62,695 nucleotides of DNA, filler included, from a bacterium (GCA_027063545.1; 9 parts of 9 records of this genome joined end to end with filler, not necessarily neighbours in it); one strand, 5' to 3'; positions 10,288-20,323 are shown, counted from the first letter of the whole stretch. Made by a program: numbers and translations. Notes: generated by a model not told the origin, from the letters alone.

Positions 10288-11229
10288 TTATTTATTTAAT
10301 TTATCTAGGTTAAGTAAATTTAATGTACCACCTGATTTTGAGTCAATAATATATACCTTTGCTTTTGGAAGTACTTTATTTATTACTTCATAAAATAATT
10401 TAGTTTCAGTAATATTTGGATTTTTGTTGTATTTTTCTAAAAGTGTTAAAAACCTTTTAGTTTCACCTTGAGCTTTAGTTTCTTTTTCTATTTTATAAGA
10501 GATAGCATCTTGGATTATTTTATAAGCTTTTGCTTTGGCCTCAGGAATAGTTTTTTCTTTATATGCTATAGCTTCATTTATATATGTATTTTTATCCTCT
10601 CTTGCATTCACTACATCTTTAAAAGCCTCTGATACTGCAGGAGGAGGACTAACAAGTTGAAGTTGCACGGATAGTAAATGAAGGCCCAAATCATAATAAG
10701 ACCATATTTCCTTAATTTTGTTATAAATACTCTCCTGAATTAGAGCCTTTCCAGTTGTTAATGCTTCATCAATTGTGTGATGTCCAATAACATTTCTAAC
10801 CGCAGCCATGCAAGAGTTTTTTATAATTTTATCAATATCCTTTGCATTAAAGAGATACTTTTCTGGTTCAGAAACTTGATATTGAATAACTACTTCTAAG
10901 TCAACAATATTTTCGTCTCCTGTAAGCATTAAAGCCTCTTCTGGGATATGAACTTTATTACCATCATCATCTGTTTTAAATCCAATTTCTACTTTTCTAA
11001 CCATGGTTGTAGGCACAATATCAACTTTTACAATAGGGTAGGGAAGAGTAAAATGAAGACCTGGTTTTGTAGTTCTCCAGTATTTACCAAATAGTCTTTC
11101 TACTCCCATTTGATCTGAATCAACTCTATAAACAATCCAAGAATAGTTAAAAAAAGAGAAGCTAGCTAAAATAGCAAGTCCTAAAATTACAATAATTAAA
11201 TAAAAAATATTTTTAGATGTGCTTTTCAT
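10288..11229 (-). CDS. hflK: FtsH protease modulator HflK
   Basis: PGLHFTLPYPI, MLTGDENIV, PPPAVSEAFKDV, A.GET.RF; directly upstream of hflC. Confidence 0.92.
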   Translation of the reverse strand: MKSTSKNIFYLIIVILGLAILASFSFFNYSWIVYRVDSDQMGVERLFGKYWRTTKPGLHFTLPYPIVKVDIVPTTMVRKVEIGFKTDDDGNKVHIPEEALMLTGDENIVDLEVVIQYQVSEPEKYLFNAKDIDKIIKNSCMAAVRNVIGHHTIDEALTTGKALIQESIYNKIKEIWSYYDLGLHLLSVQLQLVSPPPAVSEAFKDVVNAREDKNTYINEAIAYKEKTIPEAKAKAYKIIQDAISYKIEKETKAQGETKRFLTLLEKYNKNPNITETKLFYEVINKVLPKAKVYIIDSKSGGTLNLLNLDKLNK

Positions 11230-11238
11230 ATTATTTTT

Positions 11239-12093
11239 TTAGTACAAATTAGGTTGTAATTCTTTTGTATTTTTCCAAATCTTATGAGTAAATCCAAACC
11301 ATCTTGTAGGTTTCATATAAATAAAATAAGAAAAAAACTCTAAAATTTCCATAAAAATTTTTTCAATTTCTTTTTCTTTAAACTCATTATAATAAATGTA
11401 TTTAAATTTAATCTTCCATTGACCATTTTCTTTAATAAGCACACAATATAGTATATCTCTTTTTTGTTTTTTCGCTAATTTCAGTGGGAAATCAGATATA
11501 AGAGTTTTTTTATTTAAAAATTTATATATACTTCCAGTTCTTAGATTTTGATCTATAAGAAAAATAGTAGGGTATTTTTTTATTATATCTAAGTTATTTA
11601 GAATATTTTTCATTTCTATAGGTATTTCATATAATTTTTCTCTGATATTTTTTAATAAATTTTCTGTATAGGGATTTGAAAGCTTTTTATAGATAACAAC
11701 TTTAGAAATATCTATATTAATTCCCATAATCTCCCAGTTATTAAAATGTATTGTAATTATTATAGGATTTTTTTTAAGATATTTTTCTATATAAGAGATA
11801 TCAATGCTATAAATATTTTTAATTAACTCTTTTTTATTATATATAAGAATTATTTCAATAATGTTTTTTGCTAATATATAATAGAAAATTTTGTAGAATC
11901 TTTTAGATGGATTTTTGTTAAATATATACATGTAATTTTTTCTTATAATTTCTTTCCGATACCCTATGGTATAGAGTATAAAGCTAAATATATAGATGAT
12001 AGGTTTTATTAATTTATAGGGAATTAAATAAAAAAAATAAATTAGGATTTTTACAAAGAGATATTCTAAGAGATGTTTAATTTTCTTTATCAT
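11239..12093 (-). CDS. Lipid A late acyltransferase (LpxL/HtrB family)
   Basis: HFNNWE, YKKLSNP, LIDQ, PTRW..THKIWK motifs. Confidence 0.75.
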   Translation of the reverse strand: MIKKIKHLLEYLFVKILIYFFYLIPYKLIKPIIYIFSFILYTIGYRKEIIRKNYMYIFNKNPSKRFYKIFYYILAKNIIEIILIYNKKELIKNIYSIDISYIEKYLKKNPIIITIHFNNWEIMGINIDISKVVIYKKLSNPYTENLLKNIREKLYEIPIEMKNILNNLDIIKKYPTIFLIDQNLRTGSIYKFLNKKTLISDFPLKLAKKQKRDILYCVLIKENGQWKIKFKYIYYNEFKEKEIEKIFMEILEFFSYFIYMKPTRWFGFTHKIWKNTKELQPNLY

Positions 12094-12355
12094 TTATTTC
12101 TTCAAAATCAACTTCTATAACATCTTCTTCATAAAAAGGCTTTTTTTGATTTATATTATAAGAGCGGTCAAAAGAATTTTCATCTAAGTTTTCTGTTTCA
12201 TTTTTTATATTATCAATAATTTTTTTTATTTTATATATAACAAATAAAATAATACTAACAAAAATTAAAAACAACCCAAATATAACCTTGGCAGGAATAA
12301 GCATTAAAATTATAAAAAGTAAGATTAAATAAAACCATAAATTTTCTTTTAACAT
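12077..12355 (-). CDS. Small membrane protein with acidic C-terminus
   Basis: Two hydrophobic segments, ends DVIEVDFEEI; overlaps the downstream acyltransferase gene. Confidence 0.6.
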   Translation of the reverse strand: MLKENLWFYLILLFIILMLIPAKVIFGLFLIFVSIILFVIYKIKKIIDNIKNETENLDENSFDRSYNINQKKPFYEEDVIEVDFEEINDKEN

Positions 12356-12409
12356 ATTAAAAAAATAAAATAAGAAATAAAATTTTCCAAAAAATAAAGG
12401 AGAAAAAAA

Positions 12410-12964
12410 ATGAAAAAAAAGTTTATTTATATTCAGATAGTTATTTTATTCATTTTACTAAATACATCTATATATTCTCAAACATGTTATAATAATTTTA
12501 GAGGTAAAAGATATAAATTTGTTTTAGAAAAGGTTATTGATGGCGATACATATAAAGGTTATATAAATGGGAAATTATATAAAGTTCGATTATTAGGAAT
12601 AGATACTCCAGAGATTCCCCATGGGAATGATAAAATATCAAAAAATAAACCAAATAAATTTTATGGTATTAGTAAAGATATTCTTGATATATATGGAAAA
12701 AAAGCAACTTTGTATGTGAAAAATATAATACATAAAAGAGATATACTTACTCTTATGTGTTTAAACAAAAGAGATAAATATAAAAGGCTTTTATGTTATG
12801 TTAAAAAAAATGATTTAATAATTAATGAAATTCTTTTAAAAAAGGGACTGGCAAGAAGCTATCCTTTTTCTAAACACCCATGCTATGATAGATATAGACT
12901 ATTAGAAATTAGAGCTATCTGTAACAAAAAGGGTTTATGGAAAAATTTAAGCCTCTCCCCTTAA
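12410..12964 (+). CDS. Secreted thermonuclease (SNase) family protein
   Basis: Signal peptide; VIDGDT, VRLLGIDTPE, DKYKRLLCYV, GLA, KGLW; AAGGAG RBS. Confidence 0.92.
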   Translation: MKKKFIYIQIVILFILLNTSIYSQTCYNNFRGKRYKFVLEKVIDGDTYKGYINGKLYKVRLLGIDTPEIPHGNDKISKNKPNKFYGISKDILDIYGKKATLYVKNIIHKRDILTLMCLNKRDKYKRLLCYVKKNDLIINEILLKKGLARSYPFSKHPCYDRYRLLEIRAICNKKGLWKNLSLSP

Positions 12965-12978
12965 AAGAGAGGAGAGGC
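12951..12978. terminator. Hairpin terminator between the convergent nuclease and hydA genes
   Basis: GCCTCTCC...GGAGAGGC stem, extended by G-U pairs on the minus strand, with A/T-rich flanks on both sides. Confidence 0.7.
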
Positions 12979-13017
12979 ATTTTATTATTTTGGAGGGGGA
13001 GAGGAGGGGAGAGAGTT

Positions 13018-14196
13018 TTATTTGATATATAATTCTCTTGGAGTGTAGTTTGTATGTAGGAGTTTATGTGCCTTCGGCCCATTTGGACGGCCTAAGTATT
13101 CTTTATAAAGTTGTTGTATATATGGATTTTCATGGGAACATCTAATTTTTGCTTTTTCATCATCAGTATAAAGGCCTGCAGCTCTTTTTGCTCTTATTTC
13201 ATCAGTTGCTCCATATGGCTGTCCACCTCCGCCAACACATCCTCCGCGACAAGCCATAACCTCAATAAAGTGATATGGGGTTGGTTCACCTTTTTTCTTT
13301 GCTTCTAATACTTTCTTTAATACATATTCTACGTTAGCAAGACCATGTGCAACAACAATTTTAATTTTTGTACCTTTTATATCTATTTCTGCTTCTTTAA
13401 CCCCTTTTAGTCCTCTGACTTGTTCAAATTCAACTTTTGGTAGTTTTTCTTTAGTTATATAATAATAAGCAGTTCTTAATGCAGCTTCCATTACTCCACC
13501 TGTTACTCCAAATATTGTACCAGCACCGGAGTAGTATCCTAAAATGTTATCTGCTTCCTCATCCTCTAAATTCAATACATCAATACCTGAAGATTTTGCC
13601 ATTCTAACAAGTTCTCTTGTTGTTAAAACTACATCAATATCCTGATAACCACTAGCAAACATTTCATTAGATCTTGTTATTTCATATTTTTTAGCCGTAC
13701 ATGGCATTATAGATACCATAAAAATTTTACTAGGATCAATATTATTTTTTTCTGCATAGTATGTTTTTGCTAACACCCCAACCATCTCATGAGGAGATTT
13801 AGCAGTAGAAAAATGCTCTATAAGTTCATGATAATATTTTTCCAGATAATCTACCCAGGAAGGACAACAACTTGTAATAAGTGGGAGTTTTTCTGGTTCA
13901 TTTAAGAATCTATGAACAAACTCTGTCGCTTCTTCTATTATTGTTAAGTCTGCCCCAAAATTAGTATCAAATACAGCCTTAAATCCTAATCTTCTAAGTA
14001 AAGCATATATTTTTCCTGTTAATAATGTTCCTGGTTCAAGCCCAAAACCTTCTCCAAAAGCAACTCTTACGGCAGGGGCTATTTGAACAACAGGATATTT
14101 ATCAGGATCTCTCAATCCTTCCCAAACTTCTTCTACCTGATCTTTTTCAACAATAGCACCAACCGGACAATGAGCACTACATTGACCACATTTTAC
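13018..14196 (-). CDS. hydA: Group A [FeFe]-hydrogenase catalytic subunit (5'-truncated)
   Basis: Frame is open to the contig edge with ferredoxin motif CGQCSAHCPVGA; H-cluster motifs ITSCCPSW, IMPCTAKKYE, EVMACRGGCVGGGGQP; small-subunit-like tail SHENP..AHKLLHT. Confidence 0.95.
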   Translation of the reverse strand, partial: VKCGQCSAHCPVGAIVEKDQVEEVWEGLRDPDKYPVVQIAPAVRVAFGEGFGLEPGTLLTGKIYALLRRLGFKAVFDTNFGADLTIIEEATEFVHRFLNEPEKLPLITSCCPSWVDYLEKYYHELIEHFSTAKSPHEMVGVLAKTYYAEKNNIDPSKIFMVSIMPCTAKKYEITRSNEMFASGYQDIDVVLTTRELVRMAKSSGIDVLNLEDEEADNILGYYSGAGTIFGVTGGVMEAALRTAYYYITKEKLPKVEFEQVRGLKGVKEAEIDIKGTKIKIVVAHGLANVEYVLKKVLEAKKKGEPTPYHFIEVMACRGGCVGGGGQPYGATDEIRAKRAAGLYTDDEKAKIRCSHENPYIQQLYKEYLGRPNGPKAHKLLHTNYTPRELYIK

Positions 14197-14296
14197 NNNN
14201 NNNNNNNNNNNNNNNNNNNNNNNNNNNNNNNNNNNNNNNNTTAATTAATTAANNNNNNNNNNNNNNNNNNNNNNNNNNNNNNNNNNNNNNNNNNNN
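14197..14296. other. Artificial contig linker
   Basis: N44-TTAATTAATTAA-N44. Confidence 0.98.
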
Positions 14297-14811
14297 ATCA
14301 TGATAGTATATTTACCAGTTTTTGTTGAAACATATACAATCTTACTTAGAAAACTAGTCTTTTCACCTATAAGCTGAGAAACTATAAAATCTGAGTATTT
14401 ATGGTATACCCTTCTAAATTCCTTATCTTTAAAAATTGAACTCATTATTACCTGTCCACTAGAACCATCTAGAATATCGCCTTTTAATACGTAAAACTCA
14501 TTTTCTTTTTTTATATATGATTTTATAATATATAAAATAGGATTTGATTGAGTATATATGCCAACAGGGGATATTCTAAAAAAATTGGAAAATTCAAGAT
14601 CAAACTTTAAAATATTAGTACCTTCAACTAATTCTTTATTATTTATATTAGAACCTGTAGTTTTAGAGGAATCTACGAATATATCTATTTTTTCAAAACT
14701 TTTTTTTATACCTAAGTAAACTTCCTGAGAATATATAAAATTTGAATAAAGAAATATCCAAAAACTATAAATACAAAAACCTATTATTAACTTTTTACTC
14801 TTTAGCTTCAT
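14297..14811 (-). CDS. tolB: TolB N-terminal part (3'-truncated)
   Basis: Signal peptide, DLEFSNFF, HKYSDFIV.QL.G, SKIVYVS; follows tolQ-tolR-tolA. Confidence 0.7.
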
Positions 14812-15472
14812 ATATAAAAGTAAAATGAACAGCTAAAAAACTATTTCCTTGATTAACATAAGCTGATGGTAATGGGGGTAGTCTTGTTATTTTCACAGCT
14901 CTATATGCTAATCTATTTAATAATTCACTTTTTGACTTTTTTTCAAATTTTATATTTGTTATTTGTCCATTTTTCTGTATTTCAAAATAAATTATTACTA
15001 TGTTATCTTCAACATCTATTTTATATGGAACAACAAAATTCTTATATATTCTTGCCTGAATAATATTTAAATAATAATTATAACTAAACTCCTGTTCTGT
15101 TTGTATTACCTTACTATTTTTATTTTCTTTCTTTTCGGCTTTTTTTTCTTTTTTAACCTCCTCTTTCTTTTCTTTTTCTTGCTTTAACTTTTTATACTTC
15201 TTTTTTATGGCTAACTCTTTTTTCTGTTCTTTTACTTTTTCTTCTTTTGCTTTTTTCTGAACCTCTTTTGGTTTTCCCTCTATTTTTTCAGTGTTTTCTT
15301 TCCCCTCTTCTTGCTTTTGCTTTACAATTGTCTTTTCCTTAAATACCTCAATATTCATTATGATAGGCTCTTGAATAAAATTTATTTCAATCCTCTTAGG
15401 TTTATATATTATTATTAAAACTATAACAAAAATATGAAATACTATAGATATAAAAATGTACTTGAGCCTCAT
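14795..15472 (-). CDS. tolA: TolA/TonB-family energy transducer
   Basis: N-terminal TM with SxxxH (SIVFH), Lys/Glu-rich linker, TonB_2-like C-terminal domain (YYLNIIQARI...FEIQKNGQI...LPPLP). Confidence 0.75.
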   Translation of the reverse strand: MRLKYIFISIVFHIFVIVLIIIYKPKRIEINFIQEPIIMNIEVFKEKTIVKQKQEEGKENTEKIEGKPKEVQKKAKEEKVKEQKKELAIKKKYKKLKQEKEKKEEVKKEKKAEKKENKNSKVIQTEQEFSYNYYLNIIQARIYKNFVVPYKIDVEDNIVIIYFEIQKNGQITNIKFEKKSKSELLNRLAYRAVKITRLPPLPSAYVNQGNSFLAVHFTFIYEAKE

Positions 15473-15882
15473 TTATTTTCTTCTTTTTTAGGAGGTGTGG
15501 TAACAAAGCCTATTTGTTTATAACCTATCTGACGAATATTTCCTATTATTTTCAAAACAAAACCATAAGGTAAACTCTCATCTGCTATTAATAAAATAGG
15601 TAATTCTCTAGGATGTAATTTGGCCTTTAAAAAATTATATAACTCATCTTCTGATATTCTTTTATCATCTAAATAAATATTTTTATCCTTATCTATTGTT
15701 ATTTTTATATTTTCTTCTATTTCTATATTCTCTGCCTTTACCTTTGGTGTTTTTACCTTTATTGCTTGTGTCATCATTGGAGCAGTAATCATAAAAACAA
15801 TTAAAAGTACAAATGCTATATCTATAAGATTGGTTACATTTATATCCTGCTTTTCTATCTCTACCCTTCTTTTTACAAGCAT
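15469..15882 (-). CDS. tolR: TolR/ExbD family protein
   Basis: INVTNLIDIAFVLLIVFMITAP, ADESLPYG. Confidence 0.85.
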   Translation of the reverse strand: MLVKRRVEIEKQDINVTNLIDIAFVLLIVFMITAPMMTQAIKVKTPKVKAENIEIEENIKITIDKDKNIYLDDKRISEDELYNFLKAKLHPRELPILLIADESLPYGFVLKIIGNIRQIGYKQIGFVTTPPKKEENK

Positions 15883-15887
15883 ATAAT

Positions 15888-16490
15888 CTACCTCTTTAAG
15901 TAATCTTCTAAAATTGTATATATATTTATAATTTCAGTTTCTCTTTTTCTTGCTATTCTTGAAAAGATATTATAAAAAATAGATGCAGGAATAGCTACAA
16001 CTAAACCAAAGATTGTTGTAATAAGAGCTTCTGCTATACCTGGTGCAACTACTGCTAAAGAAGCCTCGCCTTTTATTCCTATTTCTAAAAAGGCACTCAT
16101 AATACCCCAAACAGTTCCTAATAGTCCTAAAAATGGGGAAATATTAGTAATCATACTTAAAATATTTAATCCTGAAGATAATTTTTCTATCAAAAGATTT
16201 GTTTCTACTTCAACTAATTTCTGGCGTTTATCTCTGGGTAATGATAGTTTTTCTATAATGTTATTTAATAATCCGAAATCATCCTTTAAATTCTCAATAA
16301 AAAAGTCATATCTAGGGAATCTTTGATAAATTCTAAAAAATTTCTTTATATTATTTCCTAATTTAGAAAAAAATATCAATCTATCGAAAAATATTGCCCA
16401 ACTTATAGTAGAAAAAGCTAAAAGAAGAAGCATTATTATTTGAACAAAAACAGAAGAATTTTTCACCATAAAAAATAATTGACTTAGCAT
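15888..16490 (-). CDS. tolQ: TolQ/ExbB (MotA family) proton channel
   Basis: SPFLGLLGTVWGIM, VAPGIAEALITT.FGL.VAIPA. Confidence 0.9.
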   Translation of the reverse strand: MLSQLFFMVKNSSVFVQIIMLLLLAFSTISWAIFFDRLIFFSKLGNNIKKFFRIYQRFPRYDFFIENLKDDFGLLNNIIEKLSLPRDKRQKLVEVETNLLIEKLSSGLNILSMITNISPFLGLLGTVWGIMSAFLEIGIKGEASLAVVAPGIAEALITTIFGLVVAIPASIFYNIFSRIARKRETEIINIYTILEDYLKR

Positions 16491-16491
16491 T

Positions 16492-17139
16492 TTATTCTCC
16501 TTTATTGGATATATTTATTTTATTTTTTATCTCCTCTTTTATTTCAGGTAAAATTTCTTTAAATTCCTTTAGCCTTTGTTTTAAATCTTCCTTTATGATT
16601 CTACTAACTTCTTCTATATTCTTTTCATTAAAAGCATCAGATAGTTTATTAAATTGAGAAGCTATATTGGATAAATACTCTAAAGTAGACATGCCTGTTG
16701 TTAATTTTTTATTGAGATCAATATAATTAAAATTAGTCATAGAAGTAAAAGCCTCATTAATCTGCTTTATACCTTCAATAAGATCCTGAAGTTGAGAATA
16801 AGCTTCCAATAATTTATCTTGATTTAAAAAATTCTCTGATAAATTATTCAAGCTATTTTCTATATTTTTTAAATATTCTTCTATATGATCTAAAATTTCT
16901 ATGGTTAAATTATCTAAATTTTCCGAGAGTATTTCAATTTTATCAATATAATCAAGACTTATATCATTATCTTCATCCGAAAAATCAAGTGTATGGTTTA
17001 ACTCATCAACTCTCACTTCAATAATAGTCTCTTTTTTTTCCTCAAGTTGTTTTTGAATATGTTGTAATAATTGATTTAAAGTAGTAAATTTTTCTTTATC
17101 AATTGGATATTCTTCCCCGTTTAAATAAACTTTTTCCAT
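16492..17139 (-). CDS. Acidic hypothetical protein (small beta domain plus helical bundle)
   Basis: 215-aa ORF with AGGAG RBS, stop adjacent to the tolQ start; no diagnostic motif. Confidence 0.7.
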   Translation of the reverse strand: MEKVYLNGEEYPIDKEKFTTLNQLLQHIQKQLEEKKETIIEVRVDELNHTLDFSDEDNDISLDYIDKIEILSENLDNLTIEILDHIEEYLKNIENSLNNLSENFLNQDKLLEAYSQLQDLIEGIKQINEAFTSMTNFNYIDLNKKLTTGMSTLEYLSNIASQFNKLSDAFNEKNIEEVSRIIKEDLKQRLKEFKEILPEIKEEIKNKINISNKGE

Positions 17140-17160
17140 AATAATTTCTCCTTTTTTATG

Positions 17161-18522
17161 TTAGTTAATTAATAATGAATCACCTATTATTGTAAAAATA
17201 TAATTTATATTCTCTCCATTTTTCATTAAATGAATAGTACCTCTTTCATTATTCATAATATCATTTTGGATAAAATATTCTATATAGTTTAATGAATCCT
17301 GAAAAAAAAGATGATATATATTTACAGCATTATCCATATAGTAAACTGCTAAACTATCAGTGGTTATTTTTAATTCTTCTATTACAATACTTTTTTGATC
17401 TATCTGTTTTCTACTATACTCTAATAAATCCCAATTTTCCATACACTCATTTTTAAAAATATATTTTTCCCTAAGATTTTTTTTATTATTATAAAGATAA
17501 AATAATAAATTCAATGAATCCTTTACTAATATTATACTATCACCATCATTATCTTCACCAATTAATGAATCAAGCCATAAACAATTTTCTTTAAAATAAC
17601 CTGTTCCTGATATAGAAACAGAATCCCTATTTAAAAATCTATTAAAAAAGCCTATAAAGTTATATATTGAATCTCCTTTAATACTTCCATTTATATTAAA
17701 ATCTTCTCCTTTTACTTCTAACTTATTATTTTTTATATAATAATAAGATAAAATAAAATTACTATCTTGGGCTATTAAATGTTGAATTAAAGAATCTTTA
17801 TAATAGTTTATTTTTTCTATAGTATCTCCTATAGAATTTAATATTACTTTTGTATAATATTTAAAAAAATCTGATGAAATTAAATCTCCTTTAAGATTAA
17901 TATTATTATCTATAACAGAAAATATATGTTCTGAATTCCCATAATAATAAAATTTTACCTCTTTATAATTTTTCAAATTAGGATAAAATTTTAATGAATA
18001 ATTCTTTTGACTATTATCTATATAAACAAGATTATAAAAAATCGAATCTATATCATTATAATAAATCATGTCTCTATTTTGATTACTACTAATAAAGAAG
18101 ATCTTAATATATATCAAATCTATTGCTCTATTTTTAATATTTATTGTATCTACGACAATTTCTAAATAGTTTAATGTATCTTTAAGGACTTTACCTATAG
18201 AAGATACACCTATTGAATCATCAAAAAATATTAACATAATAGGGTAAAAACTAAAACGTAAACTATCTTCAGAAAAAAGACTAGTTTTTAACGTTGGGAA
18301 TAGTGAGAAATCTCTATTATCTATATTATACTCTTCTATATCTTTTATAATAAAAAAATCTATATTTGAAATTATATCTTCTGATGGTGTAATATTGTAA
18401 TCCTTAACACATCCTGCTACATTTAAAATTATAACAATAAAAAGATATATTAAAAAACCTCTCTTATACAGATTAAATCCTGTATAAGAGAGGTTAATAC
18501 TTTTGTTTATATATTTAACCAA
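17161..18522 (-). CDS. Hypothetical lipoprotein
   Basis: Hydrophobic segment ending in lipobox VAGC; beta-rich with many DS/DT dipeptides; start codon uncertain. Confidence 0.6.
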   Translation of the reverse strand: MVKYINKSINLSYTGFNLYKRGFLIYLFIVIILNVAGCVKDYNITPSEDIISNIDFFIIKDIEEYNIDNRDFSLFPTLKTSLFSEDSLRFSFYPIMLIFFDDSIGVSSIGKVLKDTLNYLEIVVDTINIKNRAIDLIYIKIFFISSNQNRDMIYYNDIDSIFYNLVYIDNSQKNYSLKFYPNLKNYKEVKFYYYGNSEHIFSVIDNNINLKGDLISSDFFKYYTKVILNSIGDTIEKINYYKDSLIQHLIAQDSNFILSYYYIKNNKLEVKGEDFNINGSIKGDSIYNFIGFFNRFLNRDSVSISGTGYFKENCLWLDSLIGEDNDGDSIILVKDSLNLLFYLYNNKKNLREKYIFKNECMENWDLLEYSRKQIDQKSIVIEELKITTDSLAVYYMDNAVNIYHLFFQDSLNYIEYFIQNDIMNNERGTIHLMKNGENINYIFTIIGDSLLIN

Positions 18523-18523
18523 A

Positions 18524-20323
18524 TTATTCTTCCATGTTTGAGAAGACGTTTTTTCTTCTTTTATTCCATCTTCTTTTCCATCTACTTAATCTTCTCTTTT
18601 CTGTTTTTGCTTCTTTTACTAATGATGGATATTTAGAAGCATATTTATTTATATATGCATCTAAAATTTCCATAGCCTCTTGATATGTTGGAGCATCATT
18701 TGCTTTTGTAATTGCTGTGTTAAGCTCTGCTACAGCATCCATATATTCCTGCATGCTCTCTTTAAGTCTCTTAGCATGTTCATCATCAGGATTTAATTCC
18801 AAGGCTTTTTCAATATACCTTACAGCTAAAGTATATTGATTCTTGCTTTTGGCATCTTCTGCCATTTGAACATATCTTGAAGCCTCTTCTTCAAGAGCCT
18901 GTCTTTTACCTTCTATAAATTGAGTTAATGACTCTATATAAGGAGAATTTGGAAAATATTTTTTATATTTTTCATATAATGCTAAAGCTATTTTCATTGT
19001 TTCACCATCTTCTATTTGAAGACCTGTGATAAAGCCGTATATTCTTTGTTGGTATGCATTTAATAATTTAAAATATCCTTGAGAGTTAGGGAATACCTGT
19101 TTATACATTGATATTATTTCAAAGGCTTTATTAACATCTGTAGTATCTACTATTTCTAAATTAAGATATCTCATCATCATTGTATTATCTAACAATGTCT
19201 CTATTTGTTTTACTAACTCTGGATTTCTACCTCCAAAAGCATTTCTAAATGCGAGTAATTCTCTTTTTGTCCTTTTAGGATCAGCTACAATGACAGAAGC
19301 ACTATTTCTTATGTATGTTGTCCATTTTTTTTCTAGTTCCTTCTCTACTAAATCAGAATATTTTGATCCTTTAAATTCTGCTCTGAATTTTTGGACATTA
19401 TTATAATATTTTATAGCATCATCTAAACTTCTTATAGGTGTTGAAGTAAAGTAGGTATACAATAACTGTTCAATATATATTTTTAACTTTTTAGCTTCTT
19501 TAGAATTTGGGAACATTTTTATAAATGCATATATCTCATCTTTTTGTTTTTCATAATCAGCAAAGGTTATAGAAGATAAATTTTGGTATTTTTTATACCA
19601 TGCTTTTTTAAGTTTTACCTTCATCTTTTGAGCTTTATCTTTAGCATGAGGGAAATACTTTATTATATTATCAATTGCCTTAGCTGCCTCTATATAATTA
19701 CCTTTTTTAATATTATCTTCTACCTTAAATACTCTCAAAATTTCTCTAGCACTAAAGAATGGTATTTTTATAGATAATATATAAACATATCCTTCATAAT
19801 TCTTTCCTGGATCATCTATTTTCATCTTTTTACAATCCCATTTTAAAGTAATCATTCTGGACTTTATAACATCTTCAGGTAGATGGGTCTCTTCTGCCAA
19901 TTGTCTCACTAATTTTTCTTCTAACTCTTTCCTTTTTTCCACCTTAAAAGTCTGATCATACCATTTTGTTTTATACTCAGATTCTGTTTTAAATTCAGCA
20001 GGTTCAAATAAAACAGCTATTATTCCCCTATTAATTAATTCCTGTACTTTCTTATTATTAGGATCTAATGCCTTGGCATATAACCACTTATTATATGCTT
20101 CATAATATTGCCCTGTAGCGTATAATAATTCTCCAAATTCTATTATTTTTCCCACATCATGAGGATGTTTTTGAAGATCACGATTAACTTCTATTAATTT
20201 TTGAGGGTCTGGATTTGGAATACCCAATTCATTTCTTATAGAAGAAGAAGTTGTACCACATTTAATTAGAAATGTAGAAATTATTAAAAACATAAATAAA
20301 GATAAAACTTTGTGTTTTCTCAT
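18524..20323 (-). CDS. TPR-containing helical-repeat protein, probable lipoprotein
   Basis: AGGAGG RBS; signal ending LIKC; TPRs (GQYYEAY..LDPNN, ALELNPDD); six ~46-aa FPNS-type repeats. Confidence 0.8.
   Translation of the reverse strand: MRKHKVLSLFMFLIISTFLIKCGTTSSSIRNELGIPNPDPQKLIEVNRDLQKHPHDVGKIIEFGELLYATGQYYEAYNKWLYAKALDPNNKKVQELINRGIIAVLFEPAEFKTESEYKTKWYDQTFKVEKRKELEEKLVRQLAEETHLPEDVIKSRMITLKWDCKKMKIDDPGKNYEGYVYILSIKIPFFSAREILRVFKVEDNIKKGNYIEAAKAIDNIIKYFPHAKDKAQKMKVKLKKAWYKKYQNLSSITFADYEKQKDEIYAFIKMFPNSKEAKKLKIYIEQLLYTYFTSTPIRSLDDAIKYYNNVQKFRAEFKGSKYSDLVEKELEKKWTTYIRNSASVIVADPKRTKRELLAFRNAFGGRNPELVKQIETLLDNTMMMRYLNLEIVDTTDVNKAFEIISMYKQVFPNSQGYFKLLNAYQQRIYGFITGLQIEDGETMKIALALYEKYKKYFPNSPYIESLTQFIEGKRQALEEEASRYVQMAEDAKSKNQYTLAVRYIEKALELNPDDEHAKRLKESMQEYMDAVAELNTAITKANDAPTYQEAMEILDAYINKYASKYPSLVKEAKTEKRRLSRWKRRWNKRRKNVFSNMEE

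Noticed and set aside
13018..14811. Apparent neighbourhoods across linkers (hydA-tolB, dusB-exbD, speE-BASS, GT4-rplP, map-tauE)
   Set aside because: The genes are on different contigs, so adjacency is artificial.
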